Virus record (IMG/VR): IMGVR_UViG_3300027749_002876
Coordinates: 186,001 to 250,000 of that record
Length of the DNA stretch: 64,000 nucleotides
Reading direction: 5' to 3' (one strand)
In this document: in pieces, positions 57,107 to 64,000 of the stretch
How the letters are laid out: every line of letters starts with the position of its first letter
How positions within the stretch are numbered: position 1 is the first letter of the stretch
The notes under the pieces: model-generated
What the model was told of the DNA's origin: nothing
The model's database searches: none
Seen by the model: the letters and a program-made list of their open reading frames with translations, nothing else
Position numbers and translations under genes: made by a program

Positions 57107-57321
57107 CCCCACCTCAACATAAAATAACTTGCATTACTATCATTGTAAAAAGTAAAAACTGTATGTTGTTCCATAATAGGTTCAGAACTAAAATCATCCC
57201 ACATTTCTTTGTAATAAGCAAAGTCAAAATCAACTCCTTGAACCCAACCCATTTTTCTTACCTCTGATACTATATCTAAAACTCTAGTTACGTTTATTTC
57301 CTTGATAATTATATTAGCCAC
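57103..57321 (-). CDS. small hypothetical protein, 'LRW' family
   Basis: ends FTFYNDSNASYFMLRWG; GTG start. Confidence 0.7.
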   Translation of the reverse strand: MANIIIKEINVTRVLDIVSEVRKMGWVQGVDFDFAYYKEMWDDFSSEPIMEQHTVFTFYNDSNASYFMLRWG

Positions 57322-57511
57322 AGATCAACTCAAATAATATAGCATCACGCTCATCCTTAAAGTAAAAATCCATATAATCTTCAGTCACATGTGTTTCATA
57401 TTTGTCTCCGGGTAAACCAAACTTTTCTACCGCTATTGCACAAGTTTCATTCCATATAGGATGTTTGTGATGTGTTTGCCATGTTATACGAACTCTAGTA
57501 CCCGCCGGCAT
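57314..57511 (-). CDS. small hypothetical protein, 'LRW'-type family
   Basis: ends FYFKDERDAILFELICG. Confidence 0.7.
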   Translation of the reverse strand: MPAGTRVRITWQTHHKHPIWNETCAIAVEKFGLPGDKYETHVTEDYMDFYFKDERDAILFELICG

Positions 57512-58217
57512 TCAATAATTCCTTAACTTGTTTCACATTATCTGTTTCACGGTTAAACTTAATCTTCCATAGTTCTGGATTAATATAATCAATGACCATC
57601 TTTACATGTGATTCATTTAAACTATCTAAGAACTTTACACCACTGTCACTTTGATATAACATCCATGGACTAATCTTACCATTGGTAATACTATGACATA
57701 TCTTGTTAATATTACCATAACACAAATAGTCTTTAGCTAGTATCCCTTCTTTTTCTGCTAAATCTATGGTAGTTTGGACACTACGTGCAATCGCATCAAA
57801 CGGATCTTCACTACGTAAATACTCAATTAAATATTTTGTATATACAGTATCAGTTGCCCATGTGTCAACTTTAATTTGATTCTTTAATAACCAATCTACA
57901 TATCTACTAACGTTGATTGCATTAATGTTTGCACAATGACTACCAAACTTAACAAAGGCTGTATAATAAGCACTGCGAATAAATTCTTCGTATGTTTTTG
58001 CTTTTTTAGTTGAAGTATTCTTCTTATAAAATTGTATCCAAGCTTGAAACCCAATACGATTACCCTGCAATTCTTTGTTCATCCAACGTTGTTTATTTTC
58101 ACATAGGTGTTTAGCCATAGTAGATTCACGTAGGAACTCTCTATTGCAAAAATCACAACCATACTTGATTGTGTTATCAGTTGCCTCTGTCTTTTTCGTA
58201 TTGAGTGATATCTTCAT
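57495..58217 (-). CDS. hypothetical protein with N-terminal zinc-finger-like motif
   Basis: YGCDFCNREFLRESTMAKHLC. Confidence 0.7.
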   Translation of the reverse strand: MKISLNTKKTEATDNTIKYGCDFCNREFLRESTMAKHLCENKQRWMNKELQGNRIGFQAWIQFYKKNTSTKKAKTYEEFIRSAYYTAFVKFGSHCANINAINVSRYVDWLLKNQIKVDTWATDTVYTKYLIEYLRSEDPFDAIARSVQTTIDLAEKEGILAKDYLCYGNINKICHSITNGKISPWMLYQSDSGVKFLDSLNESHVKMVIDYINPELWKIKFNRETDNVKQVKELLNAGGY

Positions 58218-58770
58218 CTGTAACCGTTTGACTTAATACTTCTATATCTGCTATTTTTAAATGGGGATATATTTCTGCAAGATGCATTTTCTTTCTTTGC
58301 TCTTGCACGAATGCTTTTGAATATTCTGTTAAATCTTCACTACTTGCTTTAGGATAAATCTTTGTAAAATATTCTTTTATTTCTTTTACTTGTGCAGGTT
58401 CTTTTAATAAACTTACACGTTCTTTGATTTGCGGTAACCATTGATGATATTGTTTACCTAATCCGGGACTAGCCGCACATAACATGTACCATTGTAGTTT
58501 AGGATGCTTACTAACACTTTCATTAAAGAAGTATTTGTTAGCATTGTATTCTGTACTCATCACATAATAACCTGCAATATCTCCTGAACCTTTCACGTAG
58601 CTTAACCACTTGATTAACATGAATGGCACAAACTTGCGCTGTTGTTCAGGGGTCAGTCTATCGTAATAACCATAATCTTTCTTGTCTAGTGCCGCAATGG
58701 CTTCGAACAAGTTAAAATCTTGATTCTCTAACTTTTCATCAGTAGGGATAATCTTTTTTGTTGCCATCAA
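58177..58770 (-). CDS. probable clamp loader small subunit (gp62-like)
   Basis: FVPFMLIKWLS...N...KLQW...HQWL pattern and size. Confidence 0.6.
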   Translation of the reverse strand: MMATKKIIPTDEKLENQDFNLFEAIAALDKKDYGYYDRLTPEQQRKFVPFMLIKWLSYVKGSGDIAGYYVMSTEYNANKYFFNESVSKHPKLQWYMLCAASPGLGKQYHQWLPQIKERVSLLKEPAQVKEIKEYFTKIYPKASSEDLTEYSKAFVQEQRKKMHLAEIYPHLKIADIEVLSQTVTDEDITQYEKDRGN

Positions 58771-59267
58771 AAAGCCTGACTATAATCCACAATCTCACAG
58801 TTACGACTAATTTCTTTTACAAAGTAAACACATCTAGGCTTAGGACCATCATCTAATGGTACACACAAAAATTGTCCGTTCTTTAATCGAGGTGCATACC
58901 ATGTTACATCGTGATATATATCTACAATCTCAATTGAAACAAAACTTGGACTAAAACTAGTTAGTGGATTAAACTCAAACGCATTGAACCCTCTATCATT
59001 GATACTTGTTAACGGTAATGTTTCTAAGTCCCCGTGTTCTTGTTCACCAATTAGTATTTGCCAATCAATAGGCATCTTAATAGTGCTATCACCAATCTTT
59101 AATACAAGTGCAGGACTATTAAATGATTCTAAAAAGATAAGTGGTATGTAATGATAGTCTACGTTTTGTGGATTACTATTGTCTAGTATGGCAAATCGAA
59201 GGTCATCAATTTCGTCCGGGAGTGTTTCTAAGTTATAGAATTCGTTTTCTAGTGTGAGTATACGCAT
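58767..59267 (-). CDS. hypothetical beta-rich protein, possibly a degenerate Hint fold
   Basis: 166 aa; own consensus promoter. Confidence 0.65.
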   Translation of the reverse strand: MRILTLENEFYNLETLPDEIDDLRFAILDNSNPQNVDYHYIPLIFLESFNSPALVLKIGDSTIKMPIDWQILIGEQEHGDLETLPLTSINDRGFNAFEFNPLTSFSPSFVSIEIVDIYHDVTWYAPRLKNGQFLCVPLDDGPKPRCVYFVKEISRNCEIVDYSQAF

Positions 59268-59273
59268 TTTGTT

Positions 59274-59302
59274 ATTATAACACTTTCTTATCTGTATGTC
59301 AA
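59274..59302 (-). promoter_or_regulatory. consensus sigma70 promoter TTGACA-N17-TATAAT, 6 nt before ATG
   Basis: exact consensus; no SD. Confidence 0.85.
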
Positions 59303-60739
59303 CTTTTCTAAGTCAAACGGGTAGTTTGCTTCTTTATAAAAAGCCTTACGTTGGGTTAAATGTCTTTTGGCAAACTTACAACTGCTTGTTACATCCCAAA
59401 TTTGTACAAAGTCTTTATCTTCTGCTTTACGAATGCCTCGACCGATGCTTTGGATAACACGGACGAAGGATTTTCCAGGTTCAATGAGAACCAGATTAAA
59501 AATCCTAGGTATGTTGATACCAACAGCGGCGACACCATAAGTCGCAACAATAATTTTATTTGTACTGGTTGCAATTTCATCATATTCTTCTTTCCTTTCA
59601 ACCATATTAGTAGCACCACTCACAAATACACTATCGGGTAATCTACTAACAATTTCTTTACCTGCATTAACTCTATCAACTAGAATCAATACATTGCCTG
59701 TTTCTTTAATCTTTAATATTAGTTGTGCAATAGCATCTAGTCTATTTGTATCCTCAAGCAAGTGTTTCAACTCACTTTGGTAATTACTAAACTCTACATC
59801 ATCTTTTAATTGAACAATATTAACGTGACATTGTGCTAGTACACCTTGATCCTGTAACTCACTTGCACTTAGTTTACTGATAACAGGACCTAAACTAACA
59901 AACAATGATTGTGCTTCAAACTTAGCTTTAGGGATAGTTCCGGTCAATCCCCAGCGAATCGGAACCTTAGCAAAGGCCCCAGTCAGTAATGTCTTTAGTG
60001 CATCTGCTTTGGCCATGTGAACCTCATCTACCATGACACAAACAACACCTTCAATGAAGTCCATAATATCTGCTTCACCTGCTTTTGTTTTCTTAAGCAT
60101 ATTGTTAAGACTCTGCCAAGTACAAATAGTATGTGTTTTATTGTACTCTTTGCGATCACCAAAGTATACACCAACATCTAATCCAAGATTAATGTAATCT
60201 GCTTCTGTTTGTGTTACTAAACTCTTGTTCGGAACGATAACAATACTACGACCATATTGTTCTATACTATAACTTAGTGCGGCAGTCATCAATGTTTTAC
60301 CCGCACCTGTAGCAATCTCTTGTAGTGATTGCGGGTTCTTTAGAAAGTTATTAACAATAGTAATTTGATAATCACGTAGCTCTACGGGGGTGCCTTCTTT
60401 GGGATGACCTTTAGGCCAGTTCTTATGAGCGAACGTTGATTCGGACACTTCAGCGAATTCAAAGGTTGTTGTATAATCCCTAGTATCATCCAACTCAATA
60501 TCATATCCTGCTCTGTCTAATACGGGAAGTATTTCTTCCAATAGATTAATATATGTACTACCAGCAAGACTGAAATAACTTACTTTGCCATTCCATCTTC
60601 CTAGTCGTACTGCAGGTAGATATCGTGCACCGGGAACTTCATACTCAAACATTTTCATTAGTGCTTTACGCTCTGCTAATTCAAGACCTTCTATCTTTAC
60701 ATTAACTTCATCTTTAACGATTATTTTACATTGTTTCAT
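59288..60739 (-). CDS. uvsW: SF2 DNA helicase UvsW
   Basis: LRDYQ, ATGAGKT, DEVH, GLTGT, QSIGRGIR. Confidence 0.92.
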   Translation of the reverse strand: MKQCKIIVKDEVNVKIEGLELAERKALMKMFEYEVPGARYLPAVRLGRWNGKVSYFSLAGSTYINLLEEILPVLDRAGYDIELDDTRDYTTTFEFAEVSESTFAHKNWPKGHPKEGTPVELRDYQITIVNNFLKNPQSLQEIATGAGKTLMTAALSYSIEQYGRSIVIVPNKSLVTQTEADYINLGLDVGVYFGDRKEYNKTHTICTWQSLNNMLKKTKAGEADIMDFIEGVVCVMVDEVHMAKADALKTLLTGAFAKVPIRWGLTGTIPKAKFEAQSLFVSLGPVISKLSASELQDQGVLAQCHVNIVQLKDDVEFSNYQSELKHLLEDTNRLDAIAQLILKIKETGNVLILVDRVNAGKEIVSRLPDSVFVSGATNMVERKEEYDEIATSTNKIIVATYGVAAVGINIPRIFNLVLIEPGKSFVRVIQSIGRGIRKAEDKDFVQIWDVTSSCKFAKRHLTQRKAFYKEANYPFDLEKLTYR

Positions 60740-61764
60740 TTAATTCCCAAATTTACAGGTTCCGAATTTACACATTTTATAATTTTAAATAGATTTGTAG
60801 GAATATCCATAAACCCGTAATTTCTATATTGTATCATAACAGGTTTCTCATATGATTTCAAGTTAGATTGGTCTCTTATTATATCAATGTTCAATTTATT
60901 TAACAAGTTATCCGAATGTTCCCCTAACAAAAACAATTGTTTAGAACTAATTTTTGATGATTCTGTTATACCATCGCAACCCAATTCACTTAACCATTTA
61001 ACAGCAATATCCAAATCTCTAATCTCAAATTCACTTTGAAAATTAATAGCAAGATTTACTTTTAGCGGATCTTCAATATTAGAAAAATGTTCTACAACCG
61101 AATCACTGATATAAATTCCATATTGAACGTAATCCGATATCATTCGTAAATCATTGGTTAAAGTAATATCTTTAATATTGTTATACAGAACTTCATTCAA
61201 TGCGGCTACATAGTAATAACCGTTATTATAAACAAGTGTTGGTTCCCAATATTTAACTGATTCATAATCACTAAGAACATCAATAATTTCTTTAGTAATA
61301 GGACAATAATCTATTGTAGTAAAATAATCTGCACTTAAGGACACTAGTGATTTTAGTGTAGAAGGTCCGTACTCCATTTCATATTGTCTTTTATCTTTAT
61401 GCCATTCCATTGAATATACAGGATTCTTTTTTAGTGCAGTTAAAAAACTTTTACTGAAAGGAGATTTGAATATGATTTTATCCTTTATTACACTAATAGA
61501 TGCATTTGTATATTGTGGAGAACTTTCTATCATATTGCATTTCCATGGCAATAATAATACATCATCAACATTAAGTTTGTGTTGAATAAACTGTTTTCGA
61601 TATTTAAATGATATCTTTCTAAAAAGAGAGTCCTGATTTGATGTGATTGTATTATTTCTAATAATTAATGTAGTTAAGTTATTAACAAATTGTAGGTCAT
61701 ACCTGCTTAGTCTAATATTGACAAGCATAAAGGTCGCAACATCTTCAAGTGTTTTTAAATCCAT
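60736..61764 (-). CDS. hypothetical protein
   Basis: 342 aa; ATGA coupling to uvsW. Confidence 0.7.
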   Translation of the reverse strand: MDLKTLEDVATFMLVNIRLSRYDLQFVNNLTTLIIRNNTITSNQDSLFRKISFKYRKQFIQHKLNVDDVLLLPWKCNMIESSPQYTNASISVIKDKIIFKSPFSKSFLTALKKNPVYSMEWHKDKRQYEMEYGPSTLKSLVSLSADYFTTIDYCPITKEIIDVLSDYESVKYWEPTLVYNNGYYYVAALNEVLYNNIKDITLTNDLRMISDYVQYGIYISDSVVEHFSNIEDPLKVNLAINFQSEFEIRDLDIAVKWLSELGCDGITESSKISSKQLFLLGEHSDNLLNKLNIDIIRDQSNLKSYEKPVMIQYRNYGFMDIPTNLFKIIKCVNSEPVNLGIK

Positions 61765-61779
61765 TTACTATCCTAAGGT

Positions 61780-61805
61780 AAAAAAAAGGGGAACCGAAGT
61801 TCCCC
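61780..61805 (-). terminator. intrinsic terminator with UUCG tetraloop
   Basis: minus strand GGGGAAC-TTCG-GTTCCCC-T8. Confidence 0.92.
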
Positions 61806-61824
61806 AAAAGTTCTATTAAACAAT

Positions 61825-62853
61825 TTACACAGACTTCATACATGTAGTACGTGCAAGATTCTTCCAGTTGCCGGGGCTAATCTTTACTAAGTCAGCAATC
61901 TTCAAGCACATACGCAAGGACACTTCACGCAATTTCGTATGATTGTCCCACATAAAGTCAATCACAATTTGTGATTGTTCTTCATTAAAATCATAGTCTT
62001 TGAACAAACCACCATCAGCATCACGATGGACCTGCTTGATACGCAACATCTTATCACGATCACCATCAATAGTCAGGTCCAGAAAGTGACAACGTGATTG
62101 CAATGCTTCTAAGTGATCCTGTAATTTCTTAGACTTCAAGTTGCCGAATTTCAAGTTAGTGATAAAGATAGCACTACCATTGAAGTTGAAAGTATTCGGG
62201 ATACCTTCTTCACGCAACAAACGTGAATCACTGTTCCAGCAAATTCTACGTGTCTTACCTGAATCAAGTGCGGCCTTCAAAATGTTCAAACTCAAGTCAT
62301 CAGTAAAAACACTATCACAATCATCAAAAATTAACACATTCTTTGTGTCAGAATATTTGTACAGTTGACTATACAAACCCAATGCTGTCATCGCACCTTT
62401 CACAATTTGAAAGCGAACTTTCTTACCTGCAAGCTTGTCAAACATACTTGCTTTTTCCATTTGTGTCTCAACACCATAACTTTTGCCGACACCGGGCGGG
62501 CCTGAAACAATCATAGCACGGATATCACCATTGATACAAGCACGTGACATTTCATCAAGGACCTCGAAACGAGTAGCAATACGGTCCATTGCTTCTGTTT
62601 CAGTTTCTTTCACAACTTCTTTTGCAAATTTTACTGTATTTTCTATCACATTATCTCCATTCAAAAATTCAATTTGATTAATATTATCAACAAGTACCTT
62701 AACTGCAGGGATATTGATTGCGAATTGACCGTCATTTTTTACAGTCACATAACTACCTTTTTTACTTGTCTGAAAACCCTTGACTAGTGTAAACTCAGTA
62801 TTGACTACTGCTTGTTTACGATAAGAGCCAGAGAGAATGCGAATAGTAGACAT
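61825..62853 (-). CDS. AAA+ family ATPase
   Basis: SGPPGVGKS, LIFDDCD, FITN, ALQSRC. Confidence 0.85.
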   Translation of the reverse strand: MSTIRILSGSYRKQAVVNTEFTLVKGFQTSKKGSYVTVKNDGQFAINIPAVKVLVDNINQIEFLNGDNVIENTVKFAKEVVKETETEAMDRIATRFEVLDEMSRACINGDIRAMIVSGPPGVGKSYGVETQMEKASMFDKLAGKKVRFQIVKGAMTALGLYSQLYKYSDTKNVLIFDDCDSVFTDDLSLNILKAALDSGKTRRICWNSDSRLLREEGIPNTFNFNGSAIFITNLKFGNLKSKKLQDHLEALQSRCHFLDLTIDGDRDKMLRIKQVHRDADGGLFKDYDFNEEQSQIVIDFMWDNHTKLREVSLRMCLKIADLVKISPGNWKNLARTTCMKSV

Positions 62854-62884
62854 TTGTTTCCTTTATTTCAGTGTCAATACAAGT

Positions 62885-62913
62885 ATTGTATCACGTTATC
62901 CATTTATTGTCAA
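62885..62913 (-). promoter_or_regulatory. early sigma70 promoter TTGACA-N17-TACAAT
   Basis: shares AAATTTGACAATAAATGG with the next two promoters. Confidence 0.85.
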
Positions 62914-62923
62914 ATTTTGTGCC

Positions 62924-63301
62924 TTATGCGGCCTTACGAAAATACATATAAGGCAAGCCCAATGTATAGCACAAGTACTCATCATCGCTTTGAGTATCCT
63001 CAGCTTCGTGGATCCAGCGCATTGCTGTTGTACGGTCCTTAGCACCAGCATCAACCAATGACTGAATCCGTTGCTCAAAAACAACAGTTGCAGTAGCTTC
63101 TGCCTCTTTGCGGGCCTTATCTTCGGCTTCAATAGCTACACCAAGTCCTTCAAACTCAGCTTCAAACTGTTCCAAAGTCCAAGTTGAAGTGTCAACACCG
63201 CGAGGGCGAACACCGTAAGCGTCCTTGTACATATCCCAGTAAAGTTCCCGGGCTTGTTCCAATTGTGTCAACTCTTCCCAAGATTTAAATTCTGTAGTCA
63301 T
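62924..63301 (-). CDS. hypothetical early protein
   Basis: YWDMYKDAYGVRPRG; GAGGA SD; own promoter. Confidence 0.8.
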   Translation of the reverse strand: MTTEFKSWEELTQLEQARELYWDMYKDAYGVRPRGVDTSTWTLEQFEAEFEGLGVAIEAEDKARKEAEATATVVFEQRIQSLVDAGAKDRTTAMRWIHEAEDTQSDDEYLCYTLGLPYMYFRKAA

Positions 63302-63334
63302 TTTGTAGTCCTCTTCTTTACTGTCTAAGATTCT

Positions 63335-63363
63335 ATTATAGCAGAAAGCCCATTTATTGTCAA
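63335..63363 (-). promoter_or_regulatory. early sigma70 promoter TTGACA-N17-TATAAT
   Basis: exact consensus with extended TG. Confidence 0.9.
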
Positions 63364-63572
63364 ATTTTGGCTATCAAACTAGCATGAATTTCATTCATTT
63401 CCGACTGTTCTACGTAGAAATCGGACCTAGGATCATAGTACTGGCCTTCACTGTTGTCATAATACAACACTCTTCCGGAGAAATTGAACGGGCCTTCTAG
63501 TCCGTTTCTAGGACCATATTTGGTACGCATTTCATCCATCTGATACTTGTCAGCAACAACACGATATCCCAT
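63360..63572 (-). CDS. hypothetical early protein
   Basis: GLEGPF...LYYD..EGQYYDP; own promoter and SD. Confidence 0.8.
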   Translation of the reverse strand: MGYRVVADKYQMDEMRTKYGPRNGLEGPFNFSGRVLYYDNSEGQYYDPRSDFYVEQSEMNEIHASLIAKI

Positions 63573-63599
63573 AAATCCCTTTCAACTGAATAAGACTCT

Positions 63600-63628
63600 A
63601 TTATATAGCCAAATCCATTTATTGTCAA
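63600..63628 (-). promoter_or_regulatory. early sigma70 promoter TTGACA-N17-TATAAT
   Basis: exact consensus. Confidence 0.9.
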
Positions 63629-63630
63629 AT

Positions 63631-63999
63631 TTAACCTATTGTGATATCTTCCATACCGGCAGCCCTCAAGCGAACAATATGACCTAACATAAAATTCTTA
63701 GATTCTAAGGCCTTCATAATACCAAGCCAACGATTTCTAAGTAATGCAATTTCATTAATCAATACTTCCATATCAATTACTTCATCTTCACCTTCAGCAT
63801 ACTTTTCAGCATCACGGCTTGTCAATGCTCTATTATATGCTTCTAAATACTTTTGAAAATGTTTTCGGCGAATTTTACGTAATTGGATATTGAGATAATT
63901 CAATACGGCTTCTATCTCTTGTAGTTGATTAAATCTATGCTCAGTAACTCCGGGTATTGCGGCAATGTTCTTTTCAACATTGCCATATACCTTTACTTC
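63631..63999 (-). CDS. uvsY: recombination mediator UvsY (5' end beyond the window)
   Basis: frame open to the window edge (EVKVYGNVEK...); KY..GEDEV...LGIMKALESKNFML..IVRLR..G. Confidence 0.75.
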   Translation of the reverse strand, partial: EVKVYGNVEKNIAAIPGVTEHRFNQLQEIEAVLNYLNIQLRKIRRKHFQKYLEAYNRALTSRDAEKYAEGEDEVIDMEVLINEIALLRNRWLGIMKALESKNFMLGHIVRLRAAGMEDITIG

Positions 64000-64000
64000 T

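Noticed and set aside
1-64000. Stop-codon reassignment, because TAG ends only one called gene (57495)
   Set aside because: Conserved genes are uninterrupted under the standard code and coding density is high; TAG rarity is common in AT-rich phages

Overview
This is a 64-kb, AT-rich, densely coding segment of a large T4-like or jumbo myophage. Its gene content resembles what I recall of Rak2/GAP32-type and uncultured freshwater relatives. It is mostly on the minus strand and uses the standard genetic code. Morphogenesis genes include tail sheath and tube, neck gp13/gp14, tail terminator gp15, head completion gp4, a probable small terminase, several fibre/baseplate proteins, a GH19 endolysin and putative head-internal proteins. 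Replication and recombination genes include helicase, primase, clamp-loader subunits, UvsW, UvsY, two exonucleases and a minimal DnaE split into two genes about 43 kb apart. Auxiliary genes include PhoH, ClpA, DnaJ, GroES, MazG, IscA, NUDIX and dNMP kinase. There are two free-standing homing endonucleases. I saw no tRNA, rRNA, CRISPR array or reverse transcriptase. The most unusual signals are: (1) two tandem, promoter-bounded cassettes encoding six-repeat Kelch-like propellers with near-invariant frameworks and hypervariable loops; (2) many genes with a promoter placed 4-7 nt before the ATG (apparently leaderless); (3) hairpins that pair a late promoter with the ribosome-binding region; (4) a three-hairpin RNA leader; (5) a GIY-YIG insertion that leaves a synonymously recoded ghost of the gp15 3' end; (6) putative capsid-cargo polyproteins; (7) an array of small 'LRW' paralogs. 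All product calls come from motif recognition by eye; no database searches were run.
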